Positions 29,060-37,544 of a stretch of 64,000 nt of DNA are shown here, one piece after another. A program made the translations under genes and the position numbers. The notes under the pieces were generated by a model that was not told where the DNA came from, did no database searches, and worked only from the letters and a program-made list of their open reading frames with translations. Where the stretch lies: positions 186,001 through 250,000 of the IMG/VR virus record IMGVR_UViG_3300049217_000071; one strand, given 5' to 3'. The stretch's first letter is position 1. Each line of letters opens with the position of its first letter.

Positions 29060-30015
29060 ATCTCAAGGAAGCCTACGCAACTCTAGAACTTGCCGAGGGT
29101 GATACCCCGGAAGAGGCTAAGAAACAATACCGCAAGTTGACCAAGAAATATCATCCAGATGTTAGCAAAGAAAAAGATGCGGATGAGAAGATCAAGAAGA
29201 TCAATGAAGCCTATGAGTGTGTCAAGAATGGCAAAGGCAATGATCGCGAACCCGCTATGCAGCGTGGTAATGGGAGGTATAACCCTTTCCATAGACAACA
29301 AGTTGTGCAAATAGAGAATGTAGAGCTGCATCTAAGTATTGATTTCAAGGAATCCGTTTTAGGTTGTAAGAAAGAGGTCAAGTATTCTCGCAAAACCAAG
29401 TGTCAAAGCTGCGATGGATCTGGAGAGGTTGTTCTCAACAATGGATGTAAGAAATGTGGTGGTCGTGGTCAAGTAACCAGTCAGAGAAGTGGCATGATCT
29501 TTATGCAAACTTGTCCCGAGTGTTTTGGCAAGACCCACGTAACCGAGTGTACGGTTTGTCACGCGCAGGGGCTCACACAGACGGACGTGTCTGTGCAGGT
29601 GTCCGTACCTGCGGGCATAACTGATAAAGCCGTTTTGCGTTTGCAGGGTATGGGTAACTATGCTGGTTCGCTGATGGGATTTGTAGATCAGTATGCGGAT
29701 GTCTTTTGCCATGTCAATGTAGCTTCAGAGCCGGGCCTTCGTATAGAGGGTAAAAGCGTAGTAACGGATCTCAGTATCTCTTTGTTAGACGCTTTGCGCG
29801 GCTGTGAACGACAGGTCAAGACCATTTTTGGTACCAAGGGTATTACCATAAAGCCACATTCTAGAAACCATGACGAGGTGATTATTCCCCATCATGGAGT
29901 GGGTGGAACGGGAGATCAAAAGGTCATTCTGGACGTCCAATACCCCAAGAACGTAGATAAACTGATTGCTCTTTTAGCAGATGAGGTGAACCATGGCTTT
30001 GGCTCTGTACTGTAA
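29056..30015 (+). CDS. dnaJ: DnaJ co-chaperone
   Basis: J domain with HPD, four CxxCxxxG/K repeats, C-terminal domain. Confidence 0.92.
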   Translation: MNLKEAYATLELAEGDTPEEAKKQYRKLTKKYHPDVSKEKDADEKIKKINEAYECVKNGKGNDREPAMQRGNGRYNPFHRQQVVQIENVELHLSIDFKESVLGCKKEVKYSRKTKCQSCDGSGEVVLNNGCKKCGGRGQVTSQRSGMIFMQTCPECFGKTHVTECTVCHAQGLTQTDVSVQVSVPAGITDKAVLRLQGMGNYAGSLMGFVDQYADVFCHVNVASEPGLRIEGKSVVTDLSISLLDALRGCERQVKTIFGTKGITIKPHSRNHDEVIIPHHGVGGTGDQKVILDVQYPKNVDKLIALLADEVNHGFGSVL

Positions 30016-30355
30016 TAATACCTATGTGGATGCTTTTGGTAAGACCAAGAGGTGTGGTCAGATGGAGCCCTTCATCGATCCTAAAACCGATAAGGTCTAT
30101 TGTGCTAACTGCGAGCAAGAGATGTCGGGTGTGACACATTTCACCAAGGTGACGCTCAAGAACCTCAAGCAATTTAGAGCTAAGAAAGTCATTGCCTTCG
30201 GGGTCAAGTGTCAAAACTGTGGTCGTGAGGATCGCCCCAAGATTGTAGGTGATGATATAGTGTGTCCAGCGTGCAACAAGCCGCATACGCATCTCAGCGC
30301 CCCTTTCAAGGCGATGTTGAAGGAGAAGCTCAAGACGGCCGGAAAAGACGTGTAA
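29993..30355 (+). CDS. Double Zn-ribbon protein
   Basis: C..C/CANC and CQNC/CPAC; GAGGTG SD. Confidence 0.65.
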   Translation: MALALYCNNTYVDAFGKTKRCGQMEPFIDPKTDKVYCANCEQEMSGVTHFTKVTLKNLKQFRAKKVIAFGVKCQNCGREDRPKIVGDDIVCPACNKPHTHLSAPFKAMLKEKLKTAGKDV

Positions 30356-30361
30356 GGTCCT

Positions 30362-31138
30362 ATGTTAGATAAGATAGTTCAAGAGTGCCACTTCCTGTTG
30401 AAGAATTTTCCAGGAGCGGAAGGGTGCCGATCCTACTTGGACGCTCGCCTGAGCGCTCAAGCACAGGAAGAGTTCCAGTTTGGTTATTTCCCTGGGGTGC
30501 AAAATATGCCAGTCCTGACCGATTTGGTTGGGGAGGATCTGCTTCGTCAAGCGGAACTGTATGGCACCCGTATGATTGAAGATTCTCTGTTTCCTCGCAC
30601 CATCGGATGGAGTTCCTTCGAGAACCATCCTTTGATTATGCCTTATCGCAATCCTTATGGTCAGGTGGTGGCTTTGGTAGGCAGAACCATCTTGCCAGAG
30701 ACAGAGTATAAAGAAAAGAAAATCTCCAAATACAAGAATACCGCAGAGAGCGGTTTGTTTGTCAAAGGCAACAATTTATTCGGTTTATACGAGAATAAGC
30801 AAGCTATTGTAGATCTTGGCTGCGTTTACATCGTAGAAGGACAGTTCGATGTAATTAAGGCTTATGAGATCGGTTTTAGGAATATTGTGGCATTAGGCAA
30901 CAATAATATGACAGCCTATCAATTTTCTGTCATTAGCAGATACTCCAACAACCTGTTTTTGTTGCTGGATAACGATGAAGCTGGACAAAAAGGGAGGAAA
31001 AGCATCATTAGTAAGTTCGGCGCACATGCCGACATTCGTAATTTTTACTTGCCAGATGAATACAAAGATGTAGACGAATACATTACTAAGGGGAAGATTA
31101 GTAGTTATGCGGAGATGTCTTTTCTGATCAAAGGTTGA
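30362..31138 (+). CDS. dnaG: DnaG-type primase catalytic core (TOPRIM) without Zn-binding domain
   Basis: GR, KYKNT, LFGL, IVEGQFDV, LDNDEAG, KDVDEY. Confidence 0.88.
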   Translation: MLDKIVQECHFLLKNFPGAEGCRSYLDARLSAQAQEEFQFGYFPGVQNMPVLTDLVGEDLLRQAELYGTRMIEDSLFPRTIGWSSFENHPLIMPYRNPYGQVVALVGRTILPETEYKEKKISKYKNTAESGLFVKGNNLFGLYENKQAIVDLGCVYIVEGQFDVIKAYEIGFRNIVALGNNNMTAYQFSVISRYSNNLFLLLDNDEAGQKGRKSIISKFGAHADIRNFYLPDEYKDVDEYITKGKISSYAEMSFLIKG

Positions 31139-31238
31139 AATAAAAGAAATTCTCAGCCTTTCTCTATTGTTATATTGCAATTGCATATTCACAGGTTTAT
31201 ATCGCAGTGTTCAATAATCAACGGGGAAATGAGGTTCT

Positions 31239-31679
31239 ATGGTCAAGAGACAAAACAGAAGTGATCGCTACCAGTGGGTGCTCTTGGAAACAGTGTGTTC
31301 CAATGATATGATGGAAGCTTTTTGCAATGAAGACAGCATCTCGGCAAGACTGAATCCTTTCGAGTATAACGAAAACCTGATCGAGTTGGAAGAACAACTC
31401 AAGAAAGAGTTTTGGAGAGTGGTAGATACTCTACTCACCCCACGACAGAAGCAAGTGATCCGCCTGTATGCTGACGGCTATACCCAAATGGAGATAGCTA
31501 AGATGCTAAATGTGAACCAGAGTTCCATTACCAAGTCTCTCAACGGTAATGTCGATTACAAGAATGGTAAAAAGGTATACGGCGGGGCCAGGAAAAAGAT
31601 CAAGAAGATCATAGAGATGGACGACAAGATCAAATCCATTTTGGAGCAGATGCGGGCTTGTCGTGACGAAAAATGGTAA
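31239..31679 (+). CDS. Sigma-70 region-4-like HTH transcription factor
   Basis: LTPRQKQVIRLYADGYTQMEIAKMLNVNQSSITKSL. Confidence 0.75.
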   Translation: MVKRQNRSDRYQWVLLETVCSNDMMEAFCNEDSISARLNPFEYNENLIELEEQLKKEFWRVVDTLLTPRQKQVIRLYADGYTQMEIAKMLNVNQSSITKSLNGNVDYKNGKKVYGGARKKIKKIIEMDDKIKSILEQMRACRDEKW

Positions 31680-31723
31680 GAAAAAATATTGAGAGCACGC
31701 AATAAGCTGATATATGTATCAGT

Positions 31724-32629
31724 ATGAAAACTTGCTCTATGTGCGGAAAACCCAAAGATATCGGCTGCTTTGTCAAACAGGCAAAGTCAGCCGATGGTCT
31801 TTTTCCGTGGTGTGAAGATTGTCGTCGACAATACCGTAAAGATAAGTATAACGAAGATTTACAGAAGAGTCGCGATTACACCAATGATTGGAGAGCCTCT
31901 CGCATTCAATGGTTTCAAGAGCTAAAGTCTAACACGCCCTGTGTAGATTGTGTTCAGATATACGAACCATTCTGTATGGACTATGATCACGTCCCAGGTC
32001 GAGGTGAAAAAATCAAGAGTGTTAGTCGTATGGTAATAGATAACACATCAAAGGAAGTTATCCTTGCCGAGATAGAGAAGTGTGATCTTGTGTGCTTGTT
32101 GTGCCACAATAAACGCACATATAGTCGTTTTGATGAAGTTTTAGGAAGCGACAGAAAATATCCGCCACATGTGCAACGAAACATTGATATGATCAATAAG
32201 TTCAAGACGCATCTGTGCGTCATCTGTGGTAATCAATATGAGCATTATAATATGCAGATTGATCACATTGATTCGATGACTAAGCTGTATGATGTATGTC
32301 AGTTGAAAAGTTGTAAAGTGGAAAAACTATTGATCGAGCTAGCAAAATGCCAAGTTCTATGCGCCCTGTGTCATCGTAGAAAATCCATTGTTGAGCAGCA
32401 GGACGACAAATACTCGGCACCCCGCCATACCCCACCCAAGCGTCAGCAGTTGTTCTACGATCCTATCACCAACACAAAAGAATGTGGACTATGTCATCAA
32501 ATCAAAGATGGATCATTATTTCGCGCAAACAGTAAAACTGTGTCAGGGTTGGATACATATTGTAAGGAGTGTTTCAATGAGTATCGAAGAGAAAAACGAG
32601 CAGGAGAGGCACATACAAAAACTTCGTAA
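31724..32629 (+). CDS. Tandem double-HNH homing endonuclease
   Basis: Two CxxC..DH..E..KC..C..CH units flanked by Cys4 ribbons. Confidence 0.8.
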   Translation: MKTCSMCGKPKDIGCFVKQAKSADGLFPWCEDCRRQYRKDKYNEDLQKSRDYTNDWRASRIQWFQELKSNTPCVDCVQIYEPFCMDYDHVPGRGEKIKSVSRMVIDNTSKEVILAEIEKCDLVCLLCHNKRTYSRFDEVLGSDRKYPPHVQRNIDMINKFKTHLCVICGNQYEHYNMQIDHIDSMTKLYDVCQLKSCKVEKLLIELAKCQVLCALCHRRKSIVEQQDDKYSAPRHTPPKRQQLFYDPITNTKECGLCHQIKDGSLFRANSKTVSGLDTYCKECFNEYRREKRAGEAHTKTS

Positions 32630-32642
32630 TGCTATCGATCTG

Positions 32643-32786
32643 ATGAAGATATTAGGTATCTCAACTGTGAATGAAGCTCGAAATAGTTATGCATATGTGT
32701 CGGTGCTTGATCTGTATGACATCCTGATGGATGACAAGAAATACAAAGACCTGATCTCCAAGCTCAAATTGAAAGCTTTTTGGTAG
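32643..32786 (+). CDS. Possible small protein ending in KLKLKAFW
   Basis: Short ORF in the gap; the only plausible gene seen that ends in TAG; start uncertain. Confidence 0.35.
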   Translation: MKILGISTVNEARNSYAYVSVLDLYDILMDDKKYKDLISKLKLKAFW

Positions 32787-32818
32787 TCGGCAAAGTCGTT
32801 TTGTTGTGGAGATGGTAA

Positions 32819-32867
32819 TATTCTGTAATTTATCTAGCGGGTCCGCCTGCTGATAAAGTGCAGAATA
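32819..32867 (+). other. Long (about 21 bp) imperfect hairpin at the replication/head boundary
   Basis: TATTCTGTA/TGCAGAATA, TTTATC/GATAAA, AGCGGG/CCTGCT, with G-U pairs on the + strand. Confidence 0.55.
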
Positions 32868-32920
32868 GTATCAATATTCTTCTATCTAAGGTAGGTAGAT
32901 TCTGCGCAATGGGAGACGTA

Positions 32921-33382
32921 ATGCCGAAAATTAGTATCGATTACTCAAGTTTAGCCACACAGATCACTAAAAAAGCGTATCGACTTGCTGATGTCAAAGA
33001 TCAGTTGGAGACGGTAGCATTCGACATTGTGAGATTCAAGGACGGCGATAAAGGCGCGGACTTATGGCAAGTTCAGAACGCCTCCGATGGTGATTACATC
33101 GTAGCGCTGTATGATGACGAAGAGGCCGAGAAGACCGCCGCCTCCGTGTGGGGAGTGTTGGTTTCTAAGGGCGGCAATGATTTGCAGATCTCCTACAAGG
33201 GCGATCCTTTGGTTCGACTCTCGGCTGCTAAGCTGGGTATCCCAAGTTCCGAATTACATAAGGCTGAGCAGTATCTACCAGAAAGATTGGCCACCAATCA
33301 AAAGTTGGTCAAGGCTCTTCTTAGTGAATTGACGGACGCAGCTAGACTAGAGGTATCCAAGAGATACCCAGAACTGGTATAA
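32921..33382 (+). CDS. Putative virion/head-region protein
   Basis: GGGAGA SD before ATG 32921; first gene of the late block. Confidence 0.55.
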   Translation: MPKISIDYSSLATQITKKAYRLADVKDQLETVAFDIVRFKDGDKGADLWQVQNASDGDYIVALYDDEEAEKTAASVWGVLVSKGGNDLQISYKGDPLVRLSAAKLGIPSSELHKAEQYLPERLATNQKLVKALLSELTDAARLEVSKRYPELV

Positions 33383-33399
33383 CGGAATAGGTGTATAAT

Positions 33400-35007
33400 A
33401 TGAGCCTCGACAAATTACATCAGATGGTAGGTTCTCTAACAAAGGCAATAGAGGACAATCAAAAACTGGCTACTCCTATTTTGGCTGCCAAGCTAAACAG
33501 GTATTCGGCTGCTAATCCACATGACCAAACCATCGGAACGATGGCTAGAGTTATGGGCGATTTGGTGGATCATAACACTCTCTTCATTCGCAAGTCTGAA
33601 TTGAAGTCTCTCTACAATAAGCTCTATTCTCGTGGCACCAAGTTTGCCGAGTTGTTTCAAGAAGAGTTAGGAGAAACTCCTAAGGAGCCAGAGCTTACCC
33701 TCAATCAACGCGATGAATCCTTTAAGCACAATCCATATCATGTGGGTGATCAGGTATTGGCTAACGCTCTAGAGAGTGTTTTCGATAAGCATACTCCACT
33801 CAAGATGTATTCCCAGCCGTTGGCTGATAAGGCTATCAAGTCAGTTGCTACTACCTTGAATGCCTGGAACCTACGTCCTTCTAAGCTCTCCGTCAGTGAT
33901 GGTAGCGATAAGTTCATCGTTATCAAGGCTGACTACGAAACTCCTAAGGGAGTGACTAGCTTCTACGTTCCCGTGGAAGTAACCAAGACAGACGCTATTG
34001 ATCCAGAAGTTTTTATGGGCAACACTGGCCCCCAAGATCTCAACAACACCACCATCAAAGCTTACTTGCACCAGCAAGCTGGCACTAAGATGAAAGTGGC
34101 CGGCACCGATATCCTCAAGGCTCTTACTACCGCTTCTTCCGAGAAGCGTGAAGTAACGGCTGCGGAACTAGCTGTGACCCGACTCAACGCTACCCGTCAG
34201 GGCAGGTCTGAGTTTGCCGGTTCACCAGACGGTTGGCTTGGTCTCAAGGTGGAAGCTGCTGCTAAGGAAGATGTCAAGCTTCCTAAGTCAGATGAGTTCT
34301 TCTCTTTCGAGAAGCAGTTTACCTCTCCTCAGGGCCTAGCCTCTTGGAGATTTGGTGCTGACAAAGTAGTGGCTGCTCGCGACCATATCGCTCGTGAATT
34401 GGTCTCTATCGGTTTCACTCGTCCACAAGTCGTGGTGCGTGATAACGATGAGAACACCATTTTCTACAGTGTCTCTTTGGACACCGGCAAAGTTGCCTTT
34501 ACCGTTCCAGTCAAGATTGCGGATGGTAAGATTACTAAACCAACTATCTTACTATGCAACGGTTCTATTGCTCCGTTTGATAGAGAAGGTATCAATCAAC
34601 TCGTCAGCACTAATAAGGTTGATGCTAAGGCTGCTGCCGTCGCCTCTACTATGGCCTCTCTCAAGCCAAGCGAAGTCATCACCGACCTACGCAAGGCTGT
34701 TTCTGAAGGCAATCTTTCCAAGGCGGAAGACGCCCTCAACGTATTGGCCAATTCAGGAGATGCCAAGGCTTATGCCACCGCATTCTCTATCTATATGACT
34801 GCCATGGCTGGCAACAAGGTCGAAGAGACTCACTGTGCCAAGATGGTCAAGGGTAAAGTTAGCGAATACCCAATCTGTACACACACCGGTTTGCCCATCA
34901 ACAAGGTATACCAAGACAAGGATGGAAACTGTCGTCCATTGTATCGTAGAGGTATGGATGAGACTTACGAGGGAGCTTCTTTTCTCAACGCTAAGATCTT
35001 AGGGTGA
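33400..35007 (+). CDS. Putative virion/head-region protein
   Basis: Long ORF with highly biased codon usage; Cys cluster at the C-terminus. Confidence 0.55.
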   Translation: MSLDKLHQMVGSLTKAIEDNQKLATPILAAKLNRYSAANPHDQTIGTMARVMGDLVDHNTLFIRKSELKSLYNKLYSRGTKFAELFQEELGETPKEPELTLNQRDESFKHNPYHVGDQVLANALESVFDKHTPLKMYSQPLADKAIKSVATTLNAWNLRPSKLSVSDGSDKFIVIKADYETPKGVTSFYVPVEVTKTDAIDPEVFMGNTGPQDLNNTTIKAYLHQQAGTKMKVAGTDILKALTTASSEKREVTAAELAVTRLNATRQGRSEFAGSPDGWLGLKVEAAAKEDVKLPKSDEFFSFEKQFTSPQGLASWRFGADKVVAARDHIARELVSIGFTRPQVVVRDNDENTIFYSVSLDTGKVAFTVPVKIADGKITKPTILLCNGSIAPFDREGINQLVSTNKVDAKAAAVASTMASLKPSEVITDLRKAVSEGNLSKAEDALNVLANSGDAKAYATAFSIYMTAMAGNKVEETHCAKMVKGKVSEYPICTHTGLPINKVYQDKDGNCRPLYRRGMDETYEGASFLNAKILG

Positions 35008-35010
35008 TCC

Positions 35011-35976
35011 ATGAGGCTATTTAGACTAGCTGCCCTGATGGAAAACAAATACCACCTTACTTCCACGGCAGCCGCTTGGAACGAGGAGGCTAAGAGGGCG
35101 GTGAAGAATGCCTTCAATTTGTATGTCAATCCAGATAGTCCTTCTTTGAAGGAACCCATTCTACAGATGTTGGCTGACAGCGGAGAGCCTGTTTCTAAGA
35201 GCATTCTCGCCAAAATGAATAGCGTAGTGGCTAATCTAGATCACCCAAATCACGAAAAGATTTTAGGTCTGATCAAGGAGGTAGTCGACACCATCACTCC
35301 AGAATCCAAAAAGGAAGTGAGAAACTTCATTCATACTCATACTAAAGGAACTACTGAGGCTCAGCGTAATCATCGTGAGCGCCTCAAGTCTAAGTTTGAT
35401 ACCGTGACCGTTCCTCTCATCTCCGTTCTTTCCAAGATCGTGGGTAAGGAGAGAGTTCTGCCAATTCAGAGAATGGAATTGAGTAAAGAGAAACTGCTGA
35501 TGTTCTCTCGCACAGCCGCCGCCCAGAAATATGGCTTCGATAATCTAGATGTTTTACAGCGTTTACTGCAATATCCTGACCTAAAAGAAAGACTAACTAC
35601 TCTTATTAATGCCGTGGATCGAGGCCATATTCCAGTAGATGGACCTGAGATTATGAAGGAAACCGGCGAAATCAAAGCTTTATTGGCACAGAAAGCTGCT
35701 ACTAATGAGCCATTTTTAGAGGCAGGTGAGGATGAAGCTCAAAGAGCACTACAACAACCAGCTCCGGAGACTATAGTGTCTAAACAAATGCTAGCTCGTA
35801 AAGAAGAGATCAAACAAGAGCGTGAAGAAGAAGAGGCAGCCCAACAAAGAGATGCCGAAAATGCTGAGAGAGAAAAAGCCTTTCAACAAGAACAGATAGA
35901 AAAAGATAGGGAACGTCACATCGGGCACAACACTAGCAGTCTTTCCCTAGAGAGACTATTGAGGAAATATCAATGA
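35011..35976 (+). CDS. Hypothetical protein (head region)
   Basis: 321 aa with charged C-terminus. Confidence 0.55.
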   Translation: MRLFRLAALMENKYHLTSTAAAWNEEAKRAVKNAFNLYVNPDSPSLKEPILQMLADSGEPVSKSILAKMNSVVANLDHPNHEKILGLIKEVVDTITPESKKEVRNFIHTHTKGTTEAQRNHRERLKSKFDTVTVPLISVLSKIVGKERVLPIQRMELSKEKLLMFSRTAAAQKYGFDNLDVLQRLLQYPDLKERLTTLINAVDRGHIPVDGPEIMKETGEIKALLAQKAATNEPFLEAGEDEAQRALQQPAPETIVSKQMLARKEEIKQEREEEEAAQQRDAENAEREKAFQQEQIEKDRERHIGHNTSSLSLERLLRKYQ

Positions 35977-36686
35977 GAACCGCTGAATTACTACAGGCCA
36001 TGGCTTCGTGGCTAGAAAGTCCAAACAATGAAGCGATGCTGCTAGCCGAAGGTGACGAAAAGTGCCTGAGTGTAGTCGCCGAGTCTTGTGTTTTGGCCGC
36101 CGCCCTCCTCAAGAAGGCTGCCGAAGAAGTGGATGCTATCGAGCCTCCAGACCCTTCCACCATCACTCCACAATCCGTAGCAGAGATCGCTGCTTTAGCT
36201 GACGCTTTGGATGCTTCTGGTGATCTTCAACTTAAGAAGCAAGCTTCTGTTTTGGATGAACTATTGATGACCATTGCTGCTCCGCCTAATGCTTATGCCG
36301 CTAGAAAAGATTTGCAAGACCAACGAGCCATTGAACTCAAGAAAAAGTATGAGCAGCCTGGTGAAGAATTGCGTAAGCAAATGAAGGTTAGCGAGACTGA
36401 GAAGGCTATCGAGAAGAGCAATATGACTAAGCAGTACAAGATCCTAGAAGCTCCCCTCAGTACCCGCTATTGTCCAGACCATGCCGGTGCTCAAATCGCC
36501 CGTATCGGTGAACACATGTGGCAGTGCGAATTAGATAAGAAGACCTATAATTTCGAGACTGGTTTTGAGCTGAACAACGGTGTCAGAGTTCCGGGTGGAG
36601 ATGTAGCTCAGCAGACCCAAGGTCTCAACATCCCTTACCACGCTATCTTCGATACTCGTGAAGGCCGTCTTGGATACAACAAGTGA
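35973..36686 (+). CDS. Putative head-region protein
   Basis: LADALDASG module; LSTRYCPDH..WQC. Confidence 0.55.
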   Translation: MRTAELLQAMASWLESPNNEAMLLAEGDEKCLSVVAESCVLAAALLKKAAEEVDAIEPPDPSTITPQSVAEIAALADALDASGDLQLKKQASVLDELLMTIAAPPNAYAARKDLQDQRAIELKKKYEQPGEELRKQMKVSETEKAIEKSNMTKQYKILEAPLSTRYCPDHAGAQIARIGEHMWQCELDKKTYNFETGFELNNGVRVPGGDVAQQTQGLNIPYHAIFDTREGRLGYNK

Positions 36687-36691
36687 ACGAA

Positions 36692-36832
36692 ATGATCAAC
36701 AAATCTTACGAAGCTATTAAAGAAGCCCTCTCAAGAATGCCTCTTGAAGAAGCTAAAGAGTTTGTGAGACTTTTCAACGAGAAACTAGATGAACAAAAAC
36801 GCACTCAAGAAAATTCTGGAGCACCCAGATAA
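36692..36832 (+). CDS. Small protein missing from the ORF track (MINKSYEAIKEALSRMPLEEAK...)
   Basis: Fills the gap; GTG at 36683 would give GTGA coupling. Confidence 0.45.
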   Translation: MINKSYEAIKEALSRMPLEEAKEFVRLFNEKLDEQKRTQENSGAPR

Positions 36833-37544
36833 AGATGAAATCATTACCAAGTTAGTCTTGGATTTCCCAGCCAAAGATATTCACGAGTGGTTAAAAGATA
36901 AATACACCAATGTAAATGAAGCTAAACTAGTTATTCCAGAAAAGAACATCAAGACATTCAGAGATAATTACCTCGACATCTACAATATGATTCGAGATGA
37001 TATTGCCAAGAGTAAGCAGGCCTTGGCCACCAGCACAGAAGTGGCCTTGGAGTTATCTGTTCAGAATAATCCAACTTATAAGAGTAAGATGTTGGAACTG
37101 GCTGATAAAGAAATCGATGTACGTAAAACGGTGGCCCGTATGTGTGCTGCCCTGGAAACCCGTTTTGGTCAACTTTTGGATAGGATTCAAGAGGACCCAA
37201 GCGATATCAACACTAAAGTAGAGCGCGTCACCATTGAATATGGTGAATTGCTCGGCGGCCTTCTAGAGAAATACTATAAGTTCACTGAGTCCCCAGCCGA
37301 CCAGATTATTCAGCACAATGTCACCGTCCAAATGGTGGATCAGCATATTTCCGTATTTCATGATGTAGTCCGCGAGGTTCTATCTCAAATGGATTTGGAA
37401 AGCTCTATGCTATTTATGGAGCTTTTCAGTGAGAAAATGGCCAAACTAAAAGCCACTCTTCCTGAACCAGGTCTCAATACAGATATGAAGGTTGCGGAAG
37501 CCAAACTACTCAACGAAACCATCAATCAAAAGCTGAACAAATAA
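36789..37544 (+). CDS. Hypothetical helical protein
   Basis: 251-aa ORF coupled to the next gene. Confidence 0.55.
   Translation: MNKNALKKILEHPDKDEIITKLVLDFPAKDIHEWLKDKYTNVNEAKLVIPEKNIKTFRDNYLDIYNMIRDDIAKSKQALATSTEVALELSVQNNPTYKSKMLELADKEIDVRKTVARMCAALETRFGQLLDRIQEDPSDINTKVERVTIEYGELLGGLLEKYYKFTESPADQIIQHNVTVQMVDQHISVFHDVVREVLSQMDLESSMLFMELFSEKMAKLKATLPEPGLNTDMKVAEAKLLNETINQKLNK

Noticed and set aside
33211-33235. GGTTCGACTC T-loop-like sequence
   Set aside because: Inside a CDS, with no acceptor stem or cloverleaf
33400-35007. Major capsid protein
   Set aside because: No HK97-fold features recognisable by eye here or in the ORFs after the scaffold; it may lie outside the window
36789-37544. 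Terminase small subunit
   Set aside because: Helical protein of plausible size, but no diagnostic motif and not adjacent to terL
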